Positions 35,201-47,865 of a stretch of DNA of 64,000 bases are shown here, one piece after another (positions within the stretch are counted from its first letter, which is position 1; each line of letters starts with the position of its first letter). Made by a program: the position numbers and the translations under genes. This DNA comes from Anolis carolinensis (taxonomy: Eukaryota). Below the pieces are notes generated by a model, which did no database searches, had not been told where the DNA came from, and worked only from the letters and a program-made list of their open reading frames with translations. The stretch covers positions 312,923,402 through 312,987,401 of the forward strand of contig NC_085841.1 of NCBI RefSeq assembly GCF_035594765.1. The letters run 5' to 3'.

Positions 35201-38200
35201 CAAAAGGATAGGAACAATGTTCCTCAACTTGGTTGGTAATAAATAATACTTGCCAGTAGGCATGGCGAAGTTCAATGTTCTATAAAAGATTGCATATGAG
35301 AAAAACATTTAAAATCCAAATACAGTAGAGTTCTGGTTATCAGAGTTAAATGGGTGGGCCGTGTGTCGGATAACCGGATCTTGTTGGATAATAGGGAGGC
35401 CCAGCCAGTCAGGCCTTTACCAAAAGAATGAAACTCTTCCCTTCGGTAAAAGCCTGAGACCGGGGAAATGCGGAGCAACCCCTTCCCATTTCCCCAGTCA
35501 AGCGCCTTTACTGGAGGGAAGAGAAAACTCTTCCCTTTGGTAAAGGCCTGACTGAGACTGGGGAAATGCAGAGCGCGTTTCCCCAGTCAAGCGCCTTCAC
35601 TGGAGGGAGGAAACTCTTACCTTACCTTCCATGGCTGTCTCTGCGTCTGCCTCCCTTCCTCCGCCGCCTCCTCCTGAGGCAGGCCAAGAAAGAGGGAGAA
35701 AAAAGTCCTCCCTTTCTCGAGCTCCCTCCGGCTCAGCAGTGCTCCCTTCTTCGGGCTGCCCCAGGAGGGGGCAATGGAGGAGGCACAGAGGAGGGGGAGG
35801 CAGATGCAGCGGCAGAGGCAGCCATGAGCGCGGTGGGGGGAGGGGGGATACGATGCGGCGCCTTGGATAATATGGAGTGTTGGATAAGGGGAAGATGGAT
35901 AAGCGGAACTCTACTGTATAATAAAAATCAGAATCACCTTGGGAGGAATGCCATTTTTGGAATTATTTTGACATATAGTTATTGACCAAAATACCAATTT
36001 GCCTTCCCTGACTATTTCTTAAGAGTTAGAAATACAGATTCCAATAAAAATATAACAATACCTCTGTGGGGCTGATAATTAAGAGGCCTTGACAGACTTG
36101 CTTGCAGATCAAATACTGGCTTTTTAGTGCTTGTGAGTTCTGCAGTGTCGGATACAGACTTGAAAAGAGTAACAGCTATAAGGAGACAACAATATATTTA
36201 TCATCACTAAGCAGGATACAAGAAAATATTACCTGAAGGTATTACTTAAATTGATAGCTATCTACAGCTATAAATATAATGAAAAGAACAATAAAATTGC
36301 TTACCTATTTCTGGATTCAGGCAGCAGTAGGACTTTTAATACTGAGTTTTTTAGTAACAGTACAGCAAACAATGATGCTTATGCTTACTGAGCTGAAGCA
36401 GGGGTCAATTTTGTATACTGTACTCATTTAATTTATTGGAGAAGGTGTAAAGTATTGCATATTTACACTCTTACAAATTTTATTTTCTCCTGTACCTTTG
36501 TAGAACTGTGTCCTACATCTAAGAAGTACTAATGTTTCTCAAAGAAACTGTTCCTATGAAGAAAGATTAATTATTTCAATTTATCAAGACAGAGGAGATT
36601 GGAAGTTTGAATTAATGAACGATATCGGATAGGACTCAAATTTAAGTGATAGCAGAGGAAGAAAAAAAATATCTTGCTCAAGGTTTCCAAAGGAGCTTTA
36701 CTTAAGCCCATAACAAAAAAAAAAAAAAAATGATTCAATATTCTTAGAAAAAAGTATTCCGACCTTGAAGAATGAAGCAAAGAACTACCCTATTTCTTTC
36801 ATTCTAATGTGCACTTTTCCCCATATAAACGTATATAAAAATTGAGTGTAGAACTGCATATACTGCATATATCTATCTATCTATCTATCTACGAGGGCTA
36901 TCCAGAAAATAGGTTACATTTTGGATTTTTAAAAGGACGAAGTATAGGATAAATCATTTACCATATGCAGCTGAAAGACATTCAAATACTACAATCTCAT
37001 GTAATCCCCATTGAAATTTAGGCACGTTTCATACAGATAAATGAGTTTGAAAAGTACTGCTCCAGTAAATTCCCCGCTTGTGTCCTCAGCTCTTCCCCCT
37101 TCTCCCTTCCTGCAGCGTACCGAAAACGCTGCGCTGCCAGCCACGCCCCATTGTTGGAAACGGAGGAGAGAGGCAGCAAATTTACTAGGGCAGGCCTTTT
37201 CTAACTCATTTATCTATAAGAAACGTGCCTAGATTTCAGTGGGGATTACGTGAGATTCTAATATTGGAATGTGCCTTTCAGCTACATATGGTAAATGATT
37301 TATCCTATACTTTGTCCTTTTAAAAATCCAAAACGTAACCTACTTTCTGGATAGCCCTCGTATCTTACAAATGATGGCATCTTAAAATTGAAGAAATACG
37401 GTACTTTATAAATAAACACAATGAAGTGGTTATGCATGCATATGCTTGCTCAGGTGTGGAGAAGGGAATGGGAGAACAGACGGAGGGGGGCTCCCTTCCT
37501 TTGGCCAACACAGGTGAGCGAGTGTATATACACCCTCTTCGTGTCCCATCCCTCTATGCATGAGACAAGGAGCATCCATGTGATTGGTCACACACCCCCT
37601 GCCAGTGTGATTTCCTCCCCACAACACGAGTGTTATCAAAGTGCCTGTTAAAAATGCTATAGGGCAGCAGAGAAGTCACAGCAAATAAAATAATCCAAGA
37701 ATGATTAATGTTCAAATGAAAGTCAACCTTATGTAATAATAAATTTAATTTACAAGAGTTTCTTTGAGCTTCTTTTAGTTGACACTTTGTTGCACTTCTT
37801 GCGATGTTCTTCCTAGTTATTACATCTTCATTGCTCTTCTGCATGTCTGGGGTGCAACCATTGAGGAATTGAGGTTTTCTAGAAGGGGTCTTGGTAAGGG
37901 AGCGTTTGTGCTCATTGTCCTCTGTAGACTCAGAGAATCTGAATAGAAACATTTACGTTATTTAATTGCTCAAGTTTAAGAAAATTCTTAAATCAACTTC
38001 ACCTAAAGAGAAGTATACCGTACATTTCTATTACATTATTAAAATACAATCAAATCTGAGCTACTGACACTACAGATGTTTTTAAAGTAATCATGCTATA
38101 AATTTCTGAAAATTTGGTTCCATAGTTGTAAATGTGATTTCATAAATTGTGAAGTTAGATTCTCATATTACCAAATCAATACTATTTACTTTATCAGTTG

Positions 38201-41200
38201 ATGCTGCCTATAGTGCAGATGCTGGTATGAATTACCTGACATTCGTTTTAGTGGCTGAGAGGTCAGTTGAGCTGAATGCTGATTTCTGAGATAAAATATT
38301 TTTTGAGGTGCCAGGAAAATTCCGTGGTGAGCGCCTTAAGATTGGAGTACATGTAGGAGAGAGCCTATTCTTTTGATTGTGCGGGCTGAATAAAACCCCA
38401 CTGGAACACATCTGCAAACAGGTAGTTATTAGTACGATATAAAATCTGACTTGTATGATTTGAAGTAAAAGATATTAGATCAATGAGGCCATCCTGTTTT
38501 AAATTGATTTTAATCAAGCATTTATTCCTACCTTGGAACAACTCTTTAGAGTTTCTTTCTTGGAGGATTTCTGAGGATTGTTATTCTTAGTCAGAATCTG
38601 CAAAAAATGGAAAACATATTGTATAGTATTTAGCATTTTATCATGAGCACTATTATGAATCATTGTTTCAAAATGGATAATTTCTAGAGTTCTTATATAA
38701 CCATAGAAAAAGTGTCAAATTAAAGGAACAGCGGGTCTGTCAAAGATCAGTAGTTCACAACTGGTTTTCCCGGGTATCTCTCCAGTTTCGGAAACCCTTC
38801 TTCTGGTACGCGACAATATATTTCTAAATTCTTTTTGTTATGATGATATATATCATCAGTTGTGAACGACTATATTACCTCTATTTTCCATGACAGAACC
38901 TATTCCAGCCAACAACCAGCTACTCAGGATCTGCATTAACGTCGTATCTGTTTCCCTTGTTTTTGAATTTACTCTCGTTATACTGAATTTACTAATGTTA
39001 TACTGAATCTTTGGAGATACCTTACATCTTTGACACCATCAGCACAGGAGTTGGAACATCTATAAGACTTTTACCACATTTGGTTGATGACCTAGACTGT
39101 TCTACTCTAATCCTGTGTTTTACTCAGTTGGGGTCCAGAGTAAATCCTTCCAGGATTGCAGAAACTGAGTCTGTTTGGCTCTAATCCGTGTTCAATCTAA
39201 TTGAAGTCCATAGGAAATTCTTCCAGGACTGCAGAGACTTACATCTAATTGTTTGGTTTAATATGTTTAGAAATATATTTTTTCATTTTTAATCCCATAT
39301 GATTTCAGAGGATTTGTCATGAGTTAGTTTACGTGAAATGTATCTGGTGCTCTAATATACATATTGTGTATATCATATCTTTTGAACCATTATTGTTTTC
39401 TATATATTTTGGCAAGCTGTTCTTTACACCAAACTCTGAAACTGTAAATGGAAAGCAGCTGAAGGGAGGCGCGGGACAGTAAAAATCCCAAGGAAGCTAG
39501 ATTGTCCTGGCTTTTCTTGGATATGCATGAAGTATAATTCTATTAGGCATTTTGTGCTAGTATGCAGCGGTGCTGTATGTTTTTCCCGTGTTCGGTTTTA
39601 ATTTTAATGGCACTCTGAAATTATATTGTTTATTATTTTTATTTCATTTAGTTTTATTATAAGTTTTATAAATCTCTTTATTGTATGTAGCTCTGCCTCT
39701 TATAGCAGAGGATACAATTTATAATTCTAAAATAAATACAGCATTAAAAAGGAGTGAAAACAAGGAGAACACAGAAACAAGTTGTTTCATATACACCCTG
39801 AATATACACACACACACACACATATATATATACACACACAATATAAAACTATGTACACTGAACTATCAGAAAACAGAGGTATCATTATGTCGGCCACCCA
39901 ATGTAGACAATTTTGGATTCTTGGGCACTTCAGATTTCTGGATATGAGATAGTGAACCTGTATACCATCAGAATATTTTACATGAAAGAACTTCACATAT
40001 TTGGTGGGATACTCTTGCGGAAAGAAAGGATAAATACCTAATTTCTTTAAAGCATACCTATATTCGCCAAAGTACAAATATGACTGAATAAAAGCCAAAA
40101 CCCACTTAGGGTTTTTTTTTTTTTGGGGGGGGGGGGGGGGACGACGACTTTTACCTTATCCTCCTTAACTGAATTGCTGACGTTGCAAATCATTTTCTTT
40201 TTCTTTTCAATGTACTCATCAATTGATTGCATTTTCTTGAATTGAGCTTCGTGAATTTTTTTAAAATCTACAGAATCAAAAGGAACATATTATTGGTATT
40301 TTGTTAAGTACATTGATAACTTGTTAGGTCGCCCAAGTTGGGCTTCTCACTCAAGCAATATGTAACAAAATTTGAAAATGTTTCTGTTCCTGGTTTGAAA
40401 GTGTTATTTCTTGTTTAATTGTGCGGTTCTTACTTTGAAAGTAGTTGTATAATCCAGAAACTTTGTTTTTGTAGCTGCCACAAACTATGTTGAATTGGTT
40501 GAGAGACTATGAGATATTCAATGAAAAACTATATTTATTTCCCATACTTTTACCTTGCCCTTCTCACCCCGAAGGGGACTCAGGGCGGCCTCACAACAGG
40601 CGACAAATGAATGCCAAACATACAATTCCAAAACAACAGTTACAATTAAAACCAAATATCAAAACATCAATTATTAAAATGAATTAAAATCACAAAAGTT
40701 CAAAATGTGCTGCAGGGTGTCTTGTAAAAACAAAGTTTTTGCAATTTAATACAGTTTCCCATGTTTTTAGGATAGAATCAATTAGGAAATGACATTTACC
40801 ACCCAGGAACAAAAATTGTGTTACTTAGTGTTATGAATGAACATATACCTGAACTCAATAAGTATGTCCTCTGTAAATAAAGTAGCCTTGGGCAACTTTA
40901 TTTAGTCTTATGCACAGCAATAGAAGATAATTACTTTTAAAATGGAAAACAGTCACAGAAAACACAAGTTATATATAGCTTCCTAAAACTAGAAAACAAC
41001 TTTCCTTTTGTTTTCATATATTAAAAAACACAGAAATCACCTGAATGAAAATAATGTATTATTTTATGATCACATGGTGGACATTCTCAGAAAAGGACTT
41101 GAGGTCCTGTTTTAGAGAGAGGAGCAAACTGTTGACTGAAGAGGTCCCCTTCAAGTCCTTTCCACATTATTTGTTGCTTAAATAGTTGGAGCCAAGCAAG

Positions 41201-44200
41201 TATTTTTTAATTACTATTAATCCAAGGCTTTAAACAACCTTTTAACATTTTTCTTATATCAGTCTGTATTTTAGTTTTCCAACATCTTTTAAAATGTTTT
41301 GTAGTCAGGAATACCAAATACAGGTAGTCTCAAAGTTATAAGCAAGATAGATTCTACAGGTTTGTTCTTAAACTGAATTTGTTTGTAAGTCAGAATAGGT
41401 AAATTTTTAAGTGTAACTCCAGCCAAATTTGGCTTTTAGTGGAAACAAGGATTAGTGAGAAAGCTTCAGTGGAGCCACCTTTTCCCCATGACAACTCTTT
41501 CAGGAGTGAATTTTCCAATTGAGATTTCCCTCATTTCCTGTTGTATAACTCCTGCTCTTAACTATGAGTCATTTCTAAGTCAGATATTTGTAACTCAGGG
41601 ACTGCCAGGATACACATAATTCTTTGAAAAGAATGTATGAAAATAGAAACAAAAAACCCCAAGCATGTAAATATCACATTTCTTGTGAGTCAGCCCTCCA
41701 AATTTGCAGGTTTACCTTTTGTGAATTTGATTATTCACAGATCGCATTAGACCTTCCAGGGCAACTATGTGGTCAAATTCTGCTGGTAATTGATCATATT
41801 TGCCTAGGGGATCTAGACATTCCTAAAAAGGTGTTACCCCAACTGCCACAGAAATAGAAAATCTATTGTAGTTGGTATCATGGCACTCAAGTATTAAAAT
41901 AAGCTAATTATTATTTATGCACACAGCAATGGCATGACATTTTTATTATTTTGCTCTACAAATAAAATCTTTTATATATATATATATAATAACTCATGTT
42001 AGAAAACAAGCCATCAGAATGGGCTTTCAGACAAAAATATGTCCGTTATTAATGGATAGCTGCTATCAGATCCATTTCTAGAGGCTGCTATATGGGCACG
42101 GTTATATTACTGTTAGTGTAGCGGCAAGTAAGCTTACAACTTACTTGGAGTGGTAGGTGTTCCTCTTCTCCCAGATTTTGGCAAGTTGCCTTTGTAAGGT
42201 TTCTTTCCAGAAAGAGAGCTCACAGGAGTATCACCTCATATAAAAACATTGGAAATAAAGCTTTAACATTGGTGGGAAGCAACTTTCACTAGCAGCCAAA
42301 ATGAGATCACCTCATGAAATGACATTACCCACTGTAAAAGATAAAAATGCTTCCTAAAGTAAAAGGCAGGAGAGGAAGAATAGGCTACAGTCGGATTAAA
42401 TAAAAAAGGCATGACTCTGAGCTCTGCAAGTCGGAAAATCATGCCCTATGAAATGCAGCTTAGGGAACTGGAAATATTTATGGGAAGGAGGGGGTATGAT
42501 AATCACGTTTAAATATTTGGAAAGATATACTATTGAGGATGGAGTGAACTTGTTTGCTGCTATTCCAGAGACATGAACCAATTAATTCCAACTACAGTAA
42601 AAGAAATTCCCCCTAAACACTAGGCCAGTAAACTAAATAAGTTGTCTCCTTATTAGAAAACTATCAGATTAAAATAAAACTAATATTCTATTTATAAGGG
42701 CAAATTACTTTCAATTGTTTTTTGTACAGTAGAATTCTCTTTTTGATGGCCTGGAGTAACAGATTCTGCTGCCAAGTTTCCTGTCATTTTGCTGTTGGTC
42801 AGATATTCATCTTGGTATGTCTCCAGTGTTTTTCCAGATCCAGCATTTTGCAATGGTTCATTTTCTTTCTGATCTTCTGGAATCTACAGTTGAAAATCAA
42901 TAGACAAATATATTTGAAGTCTAACATCTAGCACCAGCTGGTGGTGCCATCTCAATGAGGCAGCAAGTCCAATCAGTCTAAAACATAAAAAGATTTAGAA
43001 ATAATCCGAAGTTCAGACAACATTCCAGAGCAAATTCAGCACCCCATTCTTATGGAAGTCACCTGCTTCTACATCATTATTTTCTTCCTTCACATGGAAT
43101 GCAAACAAAATAACAACTGCAGAAAGCAGACATTTACAAATTGTTAGATGTTGACCACACACATCTATTTATCATATAGATGTGGGTAGGAACTTCTGAA
43201 AGACTCTCACGAGAGTCTTGAACAGATTTAGGGTGTATCTACACTGCAGAAGGTTGACACCACTTTAACTGCCATGGCTTGATGCTATGGAATCATGGAA
43301 GTTGTAGTTTTACAAAGTCTTCTCTGCTAGAGTGTTGGTGCTTCACCAGGAGATCACATGATTTTGTTCTTCCTGATGAATAACTGAGAAAAAAATTGTT
43401 GGCAATATTTCTTGCTGCATTTTAAAGGACACAAAACACAAAACTGTATTAATGCTGTAATCATCCAGTTATTATATAATGTGCCATAACTATTTTGTGT
43501 ACATTGCTTTTGGTGCTTTTCATAGCAAGGATGGAACATGAATAATATAAATCTTATATGCTGAAGAGTACCTCTTTCTTTGGGTGACATTCTGGTTTTA
43601 AGTCACAAATGTTTATTTCTAGACTTTCCAGTGCATTATGAGAATTCAGTTTTCGACGACTTTTGGTAACCATGGACAGGTTGGCAGGCATTTGACTGCT
43701 GTCACCTTCCTCAACATCCGAAGCAGAAAAGGTTTCGTTGCTGATCTATACACAAAATAAATTGGACCACATTATTTCTATTTCAGTGTTATCAGTGAAG
43801 AAATGAAAGATGTTCTCAGCTACTAGCAACTAATGCTATATTTCATGCCCCGAGAATAATTGTGACAGTTAAGGGAAATAATTGTTTCTTTGGTCATATA
43901 TATATGGCATATAGCCATCAAGTGAATGGGACATTTCAGAGGCAGAATACGATTCACTTTTTAGAAAACAGGGAAATTACTCTTTTGGTTCTTTCTTAGA
44001 AACAGACTCAGTAGTGGATTTTTTAAAAATGCTTACCATACTTCCATTTTCCTGTGTTGCCTCATGAAAATGCTGCTTCAACACCTTTAACAATTTGTCT
44101 GCCTGTTACAAAAATATGATAACAAATTTCAGAGCTAGGTATATGCAGCTATATTACATAATTCATTACATGAAATACAAAAATGTACTATTAATTAAGT

Positions 44201-47200
44201 TATATAAATAAACAAGAAAAAATATTGCATTAAAATAGCAAGTTCAGCTTGAAATAGTAACAGGAGTGTGAGAAATCTGTCTGCAAGATGCATGCAAACA
44301 TTAGATAGAAACATAACTAAGACATCTTTTACTGCTGTGTGGCCCATGGCTGTCTTCATATGACTGAAACGGAATTCTATGAGTTTTTCATTACTGAGTT
44401 CACACAAAAGGAAATGTACAATACAGTTATTTGAGGATACCATTCTTTGCCATCCAAACTTTCAAAATGTTTTTGTTGCTTTTAAAGCAACCTGTTCAGA
44501 GTATTTCAAAAAGATCTGAAATTGCTATCTCTCTGCCACCACAAACCACTCACAAATAAAACCTTACCACTTGAAATTAGAGCATAGTTTCAAACAATTC
44601 TTCTTAGAGGCCTCTTCCAGCACACAAAGAAGCTCCTATACAAAGCAATTCACAAGATGGCAACACCACAACATAAGGGCCAATGAGATTTTCCCCATTT
44701 CCAGGACTATCTTCTAGATATGTTTCTGGCTGAAATTAAACCGTTTCTAACTTTTTGTGTAATTGTAACATGTTGCCATCATGAAATATCCGTATTTACA
44801 AGATTGAAATGTGCACCTTAATTTTGAGGTGCTCATCTCTAAAAAATTGATTTCCCTCACCCAACCCCAAACTAAACCCTGAAACTTCACCCCTCCTGGG
44901 AGAGAGCGCAAGCCACGAGATGGGGTGGAGGAGCAAGCCACGCACCATGGAAAAAAGTGCAGTCGGAGCGCCCAGTGCCTCAATGCCACTGCCCTCCCAG
45001 ACATGACTTCACCCCCGCAGGCGACGCGATGCAGCGGATTGATGATAAATTGAAGCTCTTACGTGTGCCCGCAATCCAGTCATCCCGCAGAACAATAACA
45101 TGCCAAATAAAAATATAATTTAAAAATATTGATGCTGCTATATAAATATGCAATACTAATAGGGATACAATTAAATTACTCAGCATAAGTGCTAACAGAA
45201 TCAATGTCTCAGGATTACCCATAGGTGTCACTGTAATTGAGGTGTGGTAGCAGAGTGCTGAGATTTTTGCATATAAATTTATAGTAACCTGATGAAAGTT
45301 TGATGAGGGTTGGAGACTGGTGAAGATAAGAGTTTGTAAATACTGAGGAGACCACTCCCTAACAGGAGTGAAGAGTCCCTTCCGCTATAGAACAGAGAAT
45401 TGTCAGGGGCTGATTTCAACTCCTGGCAACACCAACATCATCAACTACTCTGAAAACAACAATAAAAAAATAACCCTCGAACATTACTGAGACAATTTCC
45501 AGTAAAGAAGCAATGCACTTAACAGGAGGAAGAAATATTAACACACAATGTACACAATGATACAGTGTAAGTGCTTGCAGCACTGCCTAGTTTGGAAGAA
45601 GTCAGCAATGCCATCAGCCAACAAAAAAACAACAAAGCCAGCAGACCTGATGGGATCCCTGCTGAAATCTTCAGAGGGTGGACCTGAGCTGATACAACAA
45701 CTCCACTGAAAAAGTGTGGGTGACCGAAAAAATCCCAGCAGACTTCAAGGATGCCACATCATCACCCTTTTCAAGAAAGGGGATAGAACAGACTGCAGAA
45801 ACTATCGTGGTATCTCCCTTCTAACCTCCGCTGGGAAAATCCTCGCAAGAATCCTTGGAAACCTTGCAAAATGCTGATGATAGCGTAGTCTGTGCGCATT
45901 CAGAAGAAGACCTACAAGCCATTCTAAACACCTTTGCAGAAGCATACGAGAAGCTCGGCCTCTCACTGAACATGCTCTTCCAACAGGCACCAGCTAATCC
46001 CTCTGCAATGCCAGGAATACAGCTTAATGGTGTCACATTAGAAAACGTTGAGCATTTCCGCTGCCTTGGCAGCCACCTCTCCACAAAAGTCAACATCAAC
46101 ACTGAAATACAACACCGCCTGAGCTCTGCAAGTGCAGCATTTTTCCGTATGAAGCAGAGTGTTTAATGATCGGGACATTCGTATAGATACCAAGGTGCTT
46201 GTTTACAAAGCCATTGTCCTCCCAACCCTGCTCTACGCCTGCGAAACTTGGACGGTCTACAGACGTCATACTCAACTCCTGGAGTGTTTCCATCAGCGTT
46301 GCCTCAGAAAAATCCTGCAAATCTCTTGGGAAGACAGGCAGACAAATGTCAGCGTGCTTGAGGAAGCAAAGACCACCAGCACTGAAGCGATGCTCCTATG
46401 CCACCAACTCCGCTCCGATCACCGTCTCCCAAAGCAGTTACTCTACTCCGAACTCAAGAACGGGAAACGTAATGTTGGTGGGCAGGAAAAGAGTTTTAAA
46501 GATGGGCTTAAAGCCAACCTTAATAACTGTGGCATAGACACTGCGAACTGGGAAGCCCTGGCCCTTGAGCGCTCTAATTGGAGGTCAGCTGTGACCAGCA
46601 GTGCTGCAGAGTTCGAAGAGGCTTAAGGGAGAAACGTGCCTTCCACCTGGAAACCAATGTCCTCACTGCGGTAGAACATGAAGATCAAGAATAGATCTCT
46701 TCAGCCACCTACGGACACATCCCCAAGACACCAGAAATGGAAGACAATCATCCTCGAACTATGAGGGATTGCCTAAGTAAGTAAGTACAGTGTAAATCAG
46801 GCATGGGCAAACTTCGGCCCTCCAGGTGCTTTGGACTTCAACTCCCACAATTCCTGGCAGCTTTAGGTTGCTTTTCCTCCTCAGCCGCTTAAGTGGGCCG
46901 AGGCTGACAGGAATTGTGGAAGCTAAAGTCCAAAACACCTGGCGGGTCCAAGTTTGCCAATTTCTGGTGTAAATGCACCTCAAGCTCCATCAAATCAGTT
47001 CGTCTCTAAACACCGAGTTCAAGACCCTTTCTGTTTTTAGAGGCACAAAACCACAATCGAGACTTCAGGTTTCTTCGATCGCAGGTCACAAAGGGTGCGT
47101 TTACACTGCAGAAATTAGCACAATTTGACACCGCTTTAACGGCCATGACTCAACTATATAGAATCATGGGAACTGTAGTTTAACAAGGTCTTGGGCCTTC

Positions 47201-47470
47201 TCCGCCAAATCCCGGGATTTTATAGTACTGTGCCATGGTAGTTAAAGTGGTGTCAAACTGCACTAATTGTACAGTGTAGATGCACCCTCATGTCCTTCCG
47301 CGTCCCAGATAGCAATCTGTAAATACGTTCTCATGGGGAATATCAATAACTACGGTGAGGCGTTAAGTTCTCACCTTGAGATTGGCTCTCAGTCCCAGAG
47401 CCTTGGCCAGGGACTGCAGCTCGCTGTACTTGAGCGTCTCCAGCCGTGCCTCGGGAGGGGAAACCTCCAT
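32263..47470 (-). CDS. NUSAP1: NUSAP1 nucleolar and spindle-associated protein 1, about 476 aa
   Basis: Coding exons: 47375-47470, 44037-44102, 43572-43745, 42709-42883, 42145-42234, 40155-40267, 38532-38597, 38236-38411, 37754-37938, 36062-36175, 34248-34335, 32263-32350 (1431 nt, open frame). SAP-like N-terminus [84 protein letters not shown] and a KEN box. Boundaries of the poorly conserved middle exons 3-5 and 7 are less certain. Confidence 0.9.
34547..34864. mobile_element. TcMar/Tigger-like MITE
   Basis: Same family as 13918, opposite orientation; TA TSD. Confidence 0.85.
35323..35916. mobile_element. Tigger-like MITE with GC-rich repetitive interior
   Basis: TIRs cagtagagttctggttatcc / ggataagcggaactctactg; TA TSD. 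Confidence 0.8.
36892..37360. mobile_element. Mariner-type MITE with very long TIRs (about 160 bp)
   Basis: TA-cgagggctatccagaaa...tttctggatagccctcg-TA; arms complementary for about 160 bp; adjacent (ATCT)n repeat. Confidence 0.9.
40356..40830. mobile_element. MITE with CAC...GTG-type termini (Chapaev-like), interrupted by an inverted L2-type tail at about 40533-40600
   Basis: caatatgtaacaaaattt...gttcctgg versus ccaggaacaaaaattgtgttacttagtg. Confidence 0.55.
41321..41608. mobile_element. Degenerate TcMar MITE
   Basis: caggtagtctcaaagttata...tgtaactcagggactgccag imperfect TIRs. Confidence 0.55.
45630..46785 (+). mobile_element. RTE-clade LINE 3' fragment, internally deleted and frameshifted
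   Basis: RT motifs ([27 protein letters not shown] in place of [37 protein letters not shown]) and a (TAAG)n 3' tail. Confidence 0.9.
46798..46966. mobile_element. hAT-type MITE
   Basis: TIRs caggcatgggcaaactt / aagtttgccaatttctg; perfect 8-bp TSD gtgtaaat. Confidence 0.85.
47092..47288. mobile_element. GGGTGCATCTACAC-TIR MITE
   Basis: agggtgcgtttacactg / cagtgtagatgcaccct. Confidence 0.75.
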
Positions 47471-47865
47471 GACTGAGCGCCACCGGTTCCGCTCGCCTCA
47501 AGCCACCAAAGGCAACGCTCCAACCGCCGCACCTCGAAGCCGCTCGCGCTCTGCCTTTGAATATTCAATTGCCGCGCTGCGTTGGTTGAACCCTCGGGGA
47601 AGAGGGCGGTGCCTGAAGGGGGCCCTTGACCAATAGGATGCCTTCGTGCGAGCCAGCAAAAAAAAAATGTTTATTTTTAAAAGGCGCGAGCGTAAATGGT
47701 GACTCCAGAAGCGAAAACATCGCCTTCCCCCCTCCCTTGGAATAATCTGATTGGGTCAAATCGCAAAGTGAGCGAGCAGCTCCAGCCAATAGGCGAAGAG
47801 AAGGCGGCCGCGTGCTTCCCCCAGACTTAACGGAGGCGGGGAATGAGGTTTGAATCTTTGGCAAG
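47471..47865. promoter_or_regulatory. NUSAP1-OIP5 bidirectional cell-cycle promoter (CCAAT/CHR/E2F-like)
   Basis: 395 bp between the two ATGs. CCAAT boxes at 47630, 47750 (reverse) and 47786; CHR TTTGAA at 47556-47561 and 47849-47854; GGCGGGGA at 47835; YY1-like AAGATGGCGG over the OIP5 ATG. Confidence 0.8.

Noticed and set aside
35566-35985. 139-aa GC-rich ORF
   Set aside because: Lies almost entirely within a MITE bounded by TIRs; no protein family signal.
40124-40140. Long G/C homopolymers (also near 9968, 18327, 49132, 55553) as functional G-quadruplexes
   Set aside because: Simple mononucleotide runs, frequent in this window and error-prone in length; no supporting context.
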